From contig CAZXJX010000001.1 in the NCBI GenBank assembly GCA_964641235.1, forward strand, positions 1 to 50,259: DNA of 50,259 bases. The letters run 5' to 3'. Below the pieces are notes generated by a model. The model worked only from the letters and a program-made list of their open reading frames with translations, did not search any database and was not told the origin of the DNA. Below, piece after piece: positions 29,064 through 37,902 of this stretch. This DNA is from an uncultured Planctomycetia bacterium (lineage in GTDB: Bacteria > Omnitrophota > Gorgyraeia > Pluralincolimonadales > CAZUZR01). Each line of letters begins with the position of its first letter. The first letter of the stretch is position 1. The translations under genes were made by a program, and so were the position numbers.

Positions 29064-29791
29064 TAGATAGAACTAGGCTGTCAACTCTCAAAGATTTTCA
29101 GCGCTTAATTCGCTATAGGTTCAGAAATAACGATTTATTGAATCAAGCGCTGACCCATAAGTCTTACTCGTATGAACGTCCAAAAGCAAGAGCGGCGGAT
29201 AACGAACGGTTGGAATTTTTGGGAGATACGATATTAGGTTTGGCAATAAGCGATTATATATATAAACATTTTCCGGATTATCAAGAAGGCGATATGACGC
29301 AACTTAAATCTACGCTGGTTAGCAGAACCACTTTGGAGAACCTTGCCCGTAAAATTGAGATCGGAAAACCGCTTTTATTAGGAAAGGGCGAGGTCTTAAG
29401 CGGCGGGGCTGACCAACCAAGCAATCTTGTCGGGGCGTTTGAGGCGGTCATAGGAGCGATTTATCTCGACGGCGGCTTCAAAAAAGCATGTGAATTTATC
29501 GGGTCACAGTTTAAGGACGAGCTAAAAAATGCATTAGAGGACGGCGCAAAAAAAGATTATAAATCTATTTTGCAAGAATATACGTTAAGGGTATATAAGT
29601 TGACCCCGATTTATAAAGTCATATCAGAGGTTGGGCCTGAACACAGAAAACATTTTGAAGTAGCCGTTTTCTTTGGAAATGAATTACAAGGCAAGGGGAA
29701 GGGGAAAAACAAAAAATCCGCCGAGCAGCGTGCCGCTCATGATGCCCTCTTTAAGATCGGCTTGCTTGACAAACTTGAAGAAGGGAAGTAA
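29060..29791 (+). CDS. rnc: Ribonuclease III
   Basis: Signature NERLEFLGDTILG, and a C-terminal dsRBD with KKSAEQRAA. Confidence 0.9.
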   Translation: MIDRTRLSTLKDFQRLIRYRFRNNDLLNQALTHKSYSYERPKARAADNERLEFLGDTILGLAISDYIYKHFPDYQEGDMTQLKSTLVSRTTLENLARKIEIGKPLLLGKGEVLSGGADQPSNLVGAFEAVIGAIYLDGGFKKACEFIGSQFKDELKNALEDGAKKDYKSILQEYTLRVYKLTPIYKVISEVGPEHRKHFEVAVFFGNELQGKGKGKNKKSAEQRAAHDALFKIGLLDKLEEGK

Positions 29792-29798
29792 AATCAAA

Positions 29799-30257
29799 AT
29801 GATGCAGATAAGGCGTTTTAATCTCAAGGATCAAGAACAAGTTAAAAAAATTATTACCGATATCCTTAAAAATGAATTCGCTATCGATCAAAAGGCATAT
29901 CCTCATTCCGATTTGGAATCCATACCGCAGGTATATGGTGGAAAAAGGGAAGCTTTTTTTGTCGGAGAGGAAAGCGGAAATATCGTCGGCACGGTTGCCG
30001 TAAAAGAGGAGTCCAAAAAGGTCGCTATTTTAAGGCGCCTTTTCGTCAATCCGAATTTCAGAGGGAAGGATTACGGCCTGGCTTTAATAGATAAGGCATT
30101 AGATTACTGCAGGAAGAATGGTTATCACGAAATTATTTTTCATTCTTCTGCGAGAATGAAAGCCGCTATAGGACTTTGTTTAAAGAAGGGGTTTAAGGAG
30201 AAGCAGGGATTGAATTTAGACGGCATCGATATAATAAAATTTGCTTTGACGCTTTGA
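29799..30257 (+). CDS. GNAT family N-acetyltransferase
   Basis: RRLFVNPNFRGKDYGLALI (acetyl-CoA binding motif A). ATG 29799 is preferred to the track start 29673, which overlaps rnc. Confidence 0.8.
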   Translation: MMQIRRFNLKDQEQVKKIITDILKNEFAIDQKAYPHSDLESIPQVYGGKREAFFVGEESGNIVGTVAVKEESKKVAILRRLFVNPNFRGKDYGLALIDKALDYCRKNGYHEIIFHSSARMKAAIGLCLKKGFKEKQGLNLDGIDIIKFALTL

Positions 30258-30266
30258 GCATGACCG

Positions 30267-30665
30267 ATGCGAGTACATTCGATTAACCTAAGGGTCCGAT
30301 ATCAAGAAACAGACCAGATGGGCATAGTTTATTATGCCAATTATTACGTGTGGTTCGAGGTGGGGCGGACCGAATATTTCAGGGACCTAGGCTTTCCTTA
30401 CCGTGACTTCGAAAGGGACAAGGCATTTCTGGTTGTAGTAAATTCTTCTTGTCAATACAAAAAGCCGGCGCATTATGATGATTTGATTACCGTGAGTTCC
30501 TGGATTTCGTCGATAAAAAATTCCAGTTTTATATTTGACTATGAAGTCAAAAGAGGCAAAGAGGTATTGGCTAACGGAAAAACAGTCCATGTCTTCATAA
30601 GTAAACATGGCAGGCCCGTTAGAATTCCTCCTAAAGTAAGAGAACTCATCGAGAGGCAGATCTAA
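30267..30665 (+). CDS. YbgC/4HBT-family acyl-CoA thioesterase
   Basis: RVRYQETDQMGIVYYANY is the hot-dog fold N-terminus. Confidence 0.8.
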   Translation: MRVHSINLRVRYQETDQMGIVYYANYYVWFEVGRTEYFRDLGFPYRDFERDKAFLVVVNSSCQYKKPAHYDDLITVSSWISSIKNSSFIFDYEVKRGKEVLANGKTVHVFISKHGRPVRIPPKVRELIERQI

Positions 30666-30667
30666 AG

Positions 30668-31360
30668 ATGTTTTGGAGAAAATCTAAAGAGAAGGAAAAA
30701 GAGTTAAAGGCGCTCTCCGAAAAGGAGATTCAAAAGCAATTATACGGCGAATACTTGGGTAAAAAGGAGCAGCCGTTCGAAGTTATGGATTCCTCCGCTA
30801 TACTCGAAAGTAAAAATGAACGCCCGATCGAAGAAAAATATGATGCGAAGATAAAGCAAGAACTCGGCGAAGAACTGGATAACTTACGGGGGGAATTTAA
30901 ACGCCTTAAAGATGAGGTAACGAGGTTGAAGAAAAAGAGGGAAGCGCTGGAGCGCACGGAAACAGCCCTTAAATTGCCGTTTTTAAAAACGCAGCATCTC
31001 ATCATAATCGGTTCGGCAGTTGTTTTATTATTGATAGTAATTACCTCTATTTTGGTAATAAAATTTATGTTCACAAAAGTCACTTTCAAAAAAGCAAAAG
31101 TAGCTGTAGTCGAAAGATCTTCAAAACGTTATACAATTCAAGCCTATACAACAACGAAGAAAGAAGACCTGGATAAAGTAATTCAACTTTTGTATTCTAA
31201 AGGGGTTCCAACAACCGTGAAAGAAAGCAAATCTTCTTCTGGTAAAAATCAATATGTAATTTATGTCGGAGAATATTTCAGTAAAAAGGAAGCGAGCGAA
31301 ACGATTCAGAGGTTAAAGAAGGACAAAGAATTTAAAGATTCTTTCGTGCGGACAAAATAG
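30668..31360 (+). CDS. Coiled-coil membrane protein with C-terminal SPOR-like domain
   Basis: Charged coiled-coil N-terminus, one TM helix, and a C-terminal YTIQAYTT....L..V...L..KG........YVIYVGEY...EA pattern. Confidence 0.55.
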   Translation: MFWRKSKEKEKELKALSEKEIQKQLYGEYLGKKEQPFEVMDSSAILESKNERPIEEKYDAKIKQELGEELDNLRGEFKRLKDEVTRLKKKREALERTETALKLPFLKTQHLIIIGSAVVLLLIVITSILVIKFMFTKVTFKKAKVAVVERSSKRYTIQAYTTTKKEDLDKVIQLLYSKGVPTTVKESKSSSGKNQYVIYVGEYFSKKEASETIQRLKKDKEFKDSFVRTK

Positions 31361-31365
31361 GTTTA

Positions 31366-31396
31366 CCCCGTTAGAGAATGTTGTTCTTTAACGGGG
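31366..31396. terminator. Hairpin between convergent genes
   Basis: CCCCGTTA (31366-31373) pairs with TAACGGGG (31389-31396). The flanking T/A runs are weak. Confidence 0.4.
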
Positions 31397-31397
31397 C

Positions 31398-31916
31398 TTA
31401 CCGGACTTTTAGGATAAAAATCTCACCTGAAGATTCGTTTAATAACTCCACGCGGTCGGCATAAATCTTAACCACTTTAGCGCCCTTTACCGATTCACCT
31501 TCTTCGACTATCTTATTTTCGATAATCGCGGCGGGTTTACCTATTCCGTATATTATGCCGCTGAGAGAAAGCCTGCGGTTCGAAATCATGGGTTTGAAAA
31601 TAGTGACCAGTTGTGGTTCTTGTTTCGGAACCGGTTGAGGCGAAACATATCCTTCTGCCGCCGATTTCACCGTTGTCGTCACCATCGAGGCAGGGACTTT
31701 AATTTCTTGGAGAGGAGATTTTTTTGAAGCAGCATCGTCTCCTTTAAATGTAAAAAGGAATAAAGACCCCAGGCCTAAAATTATTAGCAAAGTTGTTATG
31801 GCAGTCCTATTTAGATATAAAATGTCCGGCCTTGTAATCTCAGCCTCTCGGTTTTTTTCCTCGGGCTCTAATACCTCCGCGGTTACTTTTTTTAATGCTT
31901 CGAAGATAATGCTCAT
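31398..31916 (-). CDS. GspB/ExeB-like protein (partner of ExeA)
   Basis: One TM helix and a C-terminal ...IIENKIVEEGESVKGAKVVKI..DRVEL... pattern. The start overlaps the stop of the upstream ExeA-like gene. Confidence 0.4.
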   Translation of the reverse strand: MSIIFEALKKVTAEVLEPEEKNREAEITRPDILYLNRTAITTLLIILGLGSLFLFTFKGDDAASKKSPLQEIKVPASMVTTTVKSAAEGYVSPQPVPKQEPQLVTIFKPMISNRRLSLSGIIYGIGKPAAIIENKIVEEGESVKGAKVVKIYADRVELLNESSGEIFILKVR

Positions 31917-32728
31917 ATTTTTACGTACCCCTCAATTTCTTCGATCGAGCGCTTTATCATATCCGCAGAAATAGCCTTAGTCTCGAGCACAAATCCTAAT
32001 AACAGCGCCTTATCGCAAACCACATTTATTAATCTCGGTATTCCGCCGGAATAATCATATATTTCACTTATGGCATCGGGCTCAAATTGAACGTTGCCGT
32101 CACAACCGGCCACATGCAAACGATGGTAAATATAATCATCGACCTCTTCTTTTTCGAGAGGGAGGATGTGATACCTGACGGCTATTCTCTGCCTTAGTTG
32201 TTCTAAGCCCGGCGAATCCAATTTTGTTTTTAGCTCTGGTTGGCCTACTAGTACTATTTGGATCAATTTCTCCTTATCCGTTTCGAGGTTTGACAAGAGC
32301 CTTATTTGTTCCAATTGAGTCGCCTTAAGGTTTTGAGCCTCGTCTATGATCAGGACCACATTATAACCCAGCTTTAGTTGCTCGATTAAAAATTTATTCA
32401 ATTCCGAAAGGATGTTTATTTTAGTTTTTGGTTTTATTAAAAGGCCGAAGTCGGTCGCGATCGCTAACAGAAGTTGAACGTCGGGAAGATTTGAATTGAA
32501 AATGAAAGCGGTCCTCCGCTTTTCATCCAGCTGATTTAGGAGGGCCCGGCATAACGTGGTTTTGCCGGTTCCGATTTCCCCGGTGATCTCAATGAAACCC
32601 TTCCGTTCTTTTATGCCGTAGATTAAGTGGTCGAATGCCTCGCGATGTTTCTTGCTGAAAAATAGAAAATTTGGGTCGGCTGTTACATTGAATGGTTTTT
32701 CTTTAAGGCCAAAGAAATTTTTATACAC
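31913..32728 (-). CDS. ExeA/GspA/MshM-family AAA ATPase
   Basis: FFGLKEKPF N-terminus, Walker A GEIGTGKTT and Walker B LIIDEAQNL. GTG 32728 (SD GGGAGG 8 nt upstream) is preferred to TTG 32761. Confidence 0.8.
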   Translation of the reverse strand: MYKNFFGLKEKPFNVTADPNFLFFSKKHREAFDHLIYGIKERKGFIEITGEIGTGKTTLCRALLNQLDEKRRTAFIFNSNLPDVQLLLAIATDFGLLIKPKTKINILSELNKFLIEQLKLGYNVVLIIDEAQNLKATQLEQIRLLSNLETDKEKLIQIVLVGQPELKTKLDSPGLEQLRQRIAVRYHILPLEKEEVDDYIYHRLHVAGCDGNVQFEPDAISEIYDYSGGIPRLINVVCDKALLLGFVLETKAISADMIKRSIEEIEGYVKI

Positions 32729-32808
32729 GAATGAGGCCTCCCGCAAAATGCAGATGAACAAATATATTCTAACATTTTAAGCATATATTTGTCAAAGTAA
32801 ATTTCATA

Positions 32809-32836
32809 TTGTAAAATTTTATTTACGCTGTATAAT
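32809..32836 (+). promoter_or_regulatory. promoter of the first PilZ gene
   Basis: TTGTAA (32809-32814), 16 nt spacer, TATAAT (32831-32836). Confidence 0.4.
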
Positions 32837-32858
32837 ATAATTAAAAGGTAGAGTTAAG

Positions 32859-33221
32859 GTGGTCTGGAGCGGAGCCGATAAAAGAAAATTTGTAAGGGTT
32901 TCTTTTGAGTGTACCATTACAGTTAAAAAAAGGGGGACCCCTCTTGTCTTTCATACACAGACGAAGAATATCTCTTTAGGCGGTATCTGCGTCATTCTGG
33001 AAAAAGAATTATCTAAATATACACCTGTAGAACTGGAACTTTTCCTGCCCGATGATCTCCCGCCAGTAAAATGCCAAGGCACTGTGATTTGGTCTATAAA
33101 GAGCTCTGAATATTTGAAGAAAAAACCATTGCAACATGGTATGGGAATCGAGTTTGTAGAACTTTTTGATGAGGATAAAGCGCGCATTGAACATATAGTC
33201 AACGAACTCTTAGAGTATTAG
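32859..33221 (+). CDS. PilZ domain protein 1
   Basis: RKFVR (RxxxR) and NISLGG (D/NxSxxG) c-di-GMP-binding motifs. GTG start. Confidence 0.8.
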   Translation: MVWSGADKRKFVRVSFECTITVKKRGTPLVFHTQTKNISLGGICVILEKELSKYTPVELELFLPDDLPPVKCQGTVIWSIKSSEYLKKKPLQHGMGIEFVELFDEDKARIEHIVNELLEY

Positions 33222-33246
33222 CTTTATAAAAAATTTAATAAAATAA

Positions 33247-33275
33247 TTGACTTTTCATTTTCGTAGGAGGATAAT
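33247..33275 (+). promoter_or_regulatory. promoter of the second PilZ gene
   Basis: TTGACT (33247-33252), 17 nt spacer, GATAAT (33270-33275). Confidence 0.45.
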
Positions 33276-33331
33276 AAAACAAAAAGGGAGGATGATGACG
33301 AAGTTTTAATATAAAATAGGGGGGTGAGGGG

Positions 33332-33718
33332 ATGATTGAAAAAAGGAAGTATATGCGGTTCGAAGTAGCCGTTGATGTTGAGTATATGGTCCCCGGAAAC
33401 AGCATCCCAATAGAGGGAATCTCCGTTACAAAGAATTTGAGTCGCGAAGGCATGCAAGTCGCATTAAATAAAAGGCTGGTGCCCGGAACGGAACTGGAGA
33501 TTAAATTGCGAATTTCAGGAGATGCTGCGCCGATCTATGCTAAAGGCGATATAGTTTGGATAAATAAGGCGGAGACGAAAGGCGAACCAAACGCCGGAAT
33601 AAAATTTACCCAGATAAGCCCCTTCGATAGGAATCGTATATTAGAACACGTATACAGAGAATGGGTCGAGAAGAAGCTCGGGACAGAAGCCGAAACAAAC
33701 GCAATGAATAGTCAATAA
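33332..33718 (+). CDS. PilZ domain protein 2
   Basis: RKYMR and NLSREG motifs. Confidence 0.8.
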   Translation: MIEKRKYMRFEVAVDVEYMVPGNSIPIEGISVTKNLSREGMQVALNKRLVPGTELEIKLRISGDAAPIYAKGDIVWINKAETKGEPNAGIKFTQISPFDRNRILEHVYREWVEKKLGTEAETNAMNSQ

Positions 33719-33719
33719 T

Positions 33720-34100
33720 ATGACACGGCCCAAGAGCGAAAGAAGAAAATATCCTCGCGTCGAAGAGAAGATACCTCTCAAATTAAAAGACGCAGAATTT
33801 GACGCAATAACCATAACAAAGAATATAAGCTGTGCCGGCGTGTTTTGTCAGATAGATAAATATTTTCCGTTGTTATCCAAAGTAAAGGTTGTATTATTAT
33901 TGCCTGCCGAAGGTAAGGGAAAGGCCACGCCTATATATATAGACGCTGTTGTGGTCCGTTCAGAGCCGGTTAAATCCGCTTCAAAACCTAATTGTCGCAA
34001 CATCGCTCTTTTCTTCAATAAGATTAAAAGACAAGACAGGGCAAGAATTTCCAACTATATAAATTCCATCCTCGCCAAAAGGATGGCCATCATATATTAG
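33720..34100 (+). CDS. PilZ domain protein 3
   Basis: RKYPR and NISCAG motifs. Confidence 0.75.
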   Translation: MTRPKSERRKYPRVEEKIPLKLKDAEFDAITITKNISCAGVFCQIDKYFPLLSKVKVVLLLPAEGKGKATPIYIDAVVVRSEPVKSASKPNCRNIALFFNKIKRQDRARISNYINSILAKRMAIIY

Positions 34101-34106
34101 GCCACC

Positions 34107-34697
34107 GTGTCGTATTATATTTTACGGGCCGTTGGCGCTATCATATGTAAGGTATTATTTCGGATTAAGTCAGAGGGCCTTCTAAACCTCCCCTTAAATG
34201 GCAATGCGATTATAGCCGCTAATCATTCAAGCTATTTGGATCCCGTCGTCGTAAGCGTTGTCATACCCCGAAGAATAAAATGGATTATTCAGAAACCCAT
34301 TTATCATTTGTGGTGGCTTAAATGGCTTTTTATTTTAACTAAAATGATCCCTGAGAACGGCGCTATCGAGAAATCGTTATCTTCATTGAAAAACGGCGAG
34401 GTCTTAGGCATATTCCCGGAGGCAGGCAGGAGCAGAGACGGGAGCCTCCGTCCGGGGCAAAAGGGAATCGCTATACTGGCTTTAAAAACCGCGGTCCCAG
34501 TTATTCCCTGTGCAATTCACGGCGCTTTTGAAGCATACCCTCCCACTGCGTTATTTCCCAGACCATATGATATCAAGATATCGATAGGCAAGCCTATTGA
34601 ATTTGAAGCGCTTGAGACGCCGGATGAATTAGCCATAACATCCGCCTTAGAAAAAATAATGTCAGCGATTAAAACTTTGATGGAGAAAAGAACTTGA
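34107..34697 (+). CDS. plsC: 1-acyl-sn-glycerol-3-phosphate acyltransferase
   Basis: NHSSYLDP (HX4D), FPEAGRS and IPCAIHG blocks. Confidence 0.85.
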   Translation: MSYYILRAVGAIICKVLFRIKSEGLLNLPLNGNAIIAANHSSYLDPVVVSVVIPRRIKWIIQKPIYHLWWLKWLFILTKMIPENGAIEKSLSSLKNGEVLGIFPEAGRSRDGSLRPGQKGIAILALKTAVPVIPCAIHGAFEAYPPTALFPRPYDIKISIGKPIEFEALETPDELAITSALEKIMSAIKTLMEKRT

Positions 34698-35917
34698 GAA
34701 CTCCGCAGGCGTTTCGCGTTATATCCTGGGCATTATATGATTTTGCTAATACGATCTTCGCTATAAATATAATATCGCTGCATTTCGCTCTTTGGGTTAC
34801 GGTGGATATGAAGGGGGAAGATTTGTCCTACAGCGTTGCCCTGTCATCTTCGATGTTCTTGGCAGCATTATTTATGCCGTTATTAGGCGGTTTATCTGAT
34901 AGAAAATACGGAAAAAAGAACTTTTTGATTATTTTCACTTTGTTGACAGTGGCGTTTACCGCTTTGATCGGACTGGCAAAAGGGTTAGTAGAAGGATTGT
35001 TATTTTTTGCGGTTGCGAACTTCTGTTATCAATTAGCAGCTGTATTCTACGGTGCGCTCTTGCCTTCGGTTTCGAAAGAGGACAGCATTGGCAGAATATC
35101 CGGGTTAGGCGTAGGATTTGGCTATCTCGGAGCTGTTATAGGCATAACGATGGTAAGGCCGTTTGTTGAGCGCTACGGGCGAAGCGCCGCTTTTATTCCG
35201 ACGGCAATTTTATTCTTAATTTTTGCTTTGCCTTGTATTTTCTTCGTTAAAGAAAGAGCGGTTAAAGCCCCTGCCTTGGAGAAAGCTAAAAGAAGCAATA
35301 TCTTTAAATATATTTACGCTGCTTTTAACGATATAAAAGGCGAGCCGCACCTAAAAAAATTTATTCTTTCGGCATTCATCTATTTAAACGCAGTTTCTGC
35401 CATTTTAGTTTTTGTATCGGTTTACGCTAAAAAAGCTTTAGCGTTAACCGATTTGGAACTTCATAGTTTCTTTTTTGCCTCCGCGGTTTTCGCTATTATT
35501 TCGGCGTTTAGTTACGGCTTTATCACGGACTCCTTCGGCGCGAAACGGGCCTTATCCTCGGTGCTTATAATTTGGTCTTTAGTTCTAATATTGAGCCTGT
35601 TGAGTTTTAATAAAAATTATTTTCTGATAATCGGCCCTTTGGCAGGCATTGCCTTGGCGGCTACCTGGACCGTAGGAAGGGCATTGCTCGTAAAACTTGT
35701 GCCCAAAGAAAAAATAGGCATTGCTTTCGGTATGGGGGGATTAGTAGGTAACCTCTCGGCTATTACGGGCCCTCTAGTTTGGGGAATTATCGTTTGGGGC
35801 TTTGGGTCGTTTGGCATTTTAAAATACCGAATCGCTATATTCGCATTATTGTTATTTATCTTTATCGGTTATATTATATTGCAGTCCGTTTATCTTGACA
35901 ATGATAAGAAACTTTGA
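34694..35917 (+). CDS. MFS-type transporter
   Basis: About 12 predicted TM helices and the loop motif GGLSDRKYGKK. Confidence 0.7.
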   Translation: MRTPQAFRVISWALYDFANTIFAINIISLHFALWVTVDMKGEDLSYSVALSSSMFLAALFMPLLGGLSDRKYGKKNFLIIFTLLTVAFTALIGLAKGLVEGLLFFAVANFCYQLAAVFYGALLPSVSKEDSIGRISGLGVGFGYLGAVIGITMVRPFVERYGRSAAFIPTAILFLIFALPCIFFVKERAVKAPALEKAKRSNIFKYIYAAFNDIKGEPHLKKFILSAFIYLNAVSAILVFVSVYAKKALALTDLELHSFFFASAVFAIISAFSYGFITDSFGAKRALSSVLIIWSLVLILSLLSFNKNYFLIIGPLAGIALAATWTVGRALLVKLVPKEKIGIAFGMGGLVGNLSAITGPLVWGIIVWGFGSFGILKYRIAIFALLLFIFIGYIILQSVYLDNDKKL

Positions 35918-35923
35918 TATAAT
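35895..35923 (+). promoter_or_regulatory. Perfect consensus sigma-70 promoter overlapping the end of the MFS gene
   Basis: TTGACA (35895-35900), 17 nt spacer, TATAAT (35918-35923). Confidence 0.6.
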
Positions 35924-35929
35924 TAAATT

Positions 35930-36150
35930 GAAAATAGATACCTGCCCTATACGTGTGGCAAGTTTGGGCACTGACCAGCAAGAAGTGCATAGGGATTTGG
36001 AGTTCGGGTATTGTGATGATAGCCGACAGGATCCCACTTACGATTTGGATCAAGTGACCAAACAGCGCACGGTAGGGTGGGAGATTAAAAGCGGTAACGG
36101 CGATAAGGGAAAGCGGCTTAGAGAAGAAAAAAATCTCTAAGCCATTTTTT
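35930..36150 (+). ncRNA. Candidate ~220-nt structured RNA (rod-like, 6S-like or novel sRNA)
   Basis: Bounded by the consensus promoter and a strong terminator. 35941-36081 folds by hand into a long interrupted hairpin, e.g. CCTGCCCTA/TAGGGTGGG, CGTG/CACG, GTTTGG/CCAAAC, AAGTG/CACTT. Locally GC-richer than the flanks. Confidence 0.5.
36115..36150 (+). terminator. Rho-independent terminator
   Basis: GGCTTAGAGA (36115-36124) pairs with TCTCTAAGCC (36134-36143), then ATTTTTT. Confidence 0.8.
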
Positions 36151-36183
36151 ATGCCATTTTTTCCTTAAAAGGGCTAAGTTGAT

Positions 36184-37902
36184 ATGAGGAATTTTGAAGT
36201 GGCGGCAATTTTTAATGAAATCGCTGATTTGCTGGAGATAAAAAATGAAAATCCCTTCCGCATAAGGGCCTACAGGAAAGCCGCTCAAAACATAGAAAGC
36301 CTGACCCAAGACGTCGAAGAGATGGCCAAAAAAGGCGCGCTCGAAGATATCCCTGGCATAGGAAAAGACTTAGCCGGAAAAATTCAAGAGATAGTTGCAA
36401 CCGGACGATTGAAATACTATGAAAAATTAAAAAGCCAAATACCAACCGTCATTTTAGAGATGATGTCCATACCCGGCATCGGCCCCAAGACGGCGAAACT
36501 CCTTTACGATAAGTTAAAGATAAAATCGATAGGCCAGTTGGAGAAATTAGCCAGGACGCATAAGATTTGCGTACTTCCCGGAATCAAGGAAAAAAGCGAA
36601 GAGAATATCCTGCGCGGGATAGGATTATTTAGAAAGGGTAAGGAGCGGATGCCGTTAGGGACGGCATTGCCTATCGCTATGGAGATAATAAATAAACTTA
36701 AAGCCCTACCCGAAGTCAATAAAATAAGTTATGCGGGCTCTCTTCGCAGGATGAAGGAAACGATAAGAGACATAGATATACTGATTACTTCGACTAGACC
36801 TAAGCGCATAATGGATACCTTCGTCTCGCTTCCGAGGGTAAAAGAGATATTAGCCAATGGCGAGACTAAATCGAGCATACTTTTAAAAGATGGGATACAG
36901 GTTGATTTAAGAGTTGTTGAGCCGGAATCTTTTGGTGCGGCGCTATTATACTTTACCGGCTCAAAGGCGCATAACATTCATTTACGGAGATTGGCGAATG
37001 AGATGGGCTACAAGATAAGCGAATATGGAATCTTTAAAGAGGCGACCGAAAGGAGAATCGCGGGCAAGGAGGAAGCCGATGTTTACAAGATTTTAGGGCT
37101 TGTCTATATTCCGCCGGAGTTAAGGGAGGATACAGGAGAGATTGAAATAGCGAAGAAAGACAAACTGCCTCGTCTCGTTAAATTAGGAGATATTTTAGGG
37201 GATCTTCACGTCCATAGCAAATGGAGCGACGGCGCACATTCGTTTGAAGAATTAGCAGAGGCAGCTAAAAAGAGAGGATATCAATATATCGCGATTACAG
37301 ACCATAGCAAGTCCTTGCCCGTTGCCGGCGGCTTAAGCGAATCCGAATTAAGGAAGCAGATAAAAGAGATTCGCAAATTAAATAAAAAATTAAGAGGAAT
37401 CCCTCTCCTGACCGGGGCTGAAATGGATATTCTGCCCGACGGAAGATTGGATATTCCAGACGATATTTTGGCACAGCTGGATATCGTCATTGCGGCAATT
37501 CACTCCGGCTTTAAACAGAGTAAAGGGCAGTTGACTAAACGGATAGTTAATGCGATGAAGAATAGATATGTCCGTATAATTGCGCATCCTACAGGCAGAT
37601 TGATGGGAACCAGGGATGCTTATGAATTAGACTTCGAGGAAATATTTAAAGTCGCCAAAGATACGAATACGGCATTAGAGATAAACGCCTTCCCCCAACG
37701 GCTTGACTTAAACGATATAAATTCAAAGAGGGCGAAGGAACTGGGCGCCTTCATTGCCATTGCCACCGATGCGCATACAATAGATCAATTGGATAATATG
37801 AGCTTGGGCGTATCCGTTGCGCGAAGAGGCTGGCTTGAGAAAAAAGATATTCTGAATACTTCACCTTTGCAGACTCTCCTTAAAAGGATAACAAAGAAAT
37901 GA
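36184..37902 (+). CDS. polX: Family X DNA polymerase with C-terminal PHP domain (PolX)
   Basis: N-terminal HhH repeats (IPGIGKDLA, IPGIGPKTA), the PolX palm (GSLRR..ET..DIDIL) and PHP motifs HVHSKWSDG and ITDHS. Confidence 0.9.
   Translation: MRNFEVAAIFNEIADLLEIKNENPFRIRAYRKAAQNIESLTQDVEEMAKKGALEDIPGIGKDLAGKIQEIVATGRLKYYEKLKSQIPTVILEMMSIPGIGPKTAKLLYDKLKIKSIGQLEKLARTHKICVLPGIKEKSEENILRGIGLFRKGKERMPLGTALPIAMEIINKLKALPEVNKISYAGSLRRMKETIRDIDILITSTRPKRIMDTFVSLPRVKEILANGETKSSILLKDGIQVDLRVVEPESFGAALLYFTGSKAHNIHLRRLANEMGYKISEYGIFKEATERRIAGKEEADVYKILGLVYIPPELREDTGEIEIAKKDKLPRLVKLGDILGDLHVHSKWSDGAHSFEELAEAAKKRGYQYIAITDHSKSLPVAGGLSESELRKQIKEIRKLNKKLRGIPLLTGAEMDILPDGRLDIPDDILAQLDIVIAAIHSGFKQSKGQLTKRIVNAMKNRYVRIIAHPTGRLMGTRDAYELDFEEIFKVAKDTNTALEINAFPQRLDLNDINSKRAKELGAFIAIATDAHTIDQLDNMSLGVSVARRGWLEKKDILNTSPLQTLLKRITKK

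Noticed and set aside
35895-36140. 81-aa + strand ORF between the MFS gene and polX
   Set aside because: The TTG start lies on the -35 hexamer of a perfect promoter. There is no SD and no internal Met downstream of the predicted transcription start. The region folds into a long helix and ends in a terminator, so it is called a candidate ncRNA instead.
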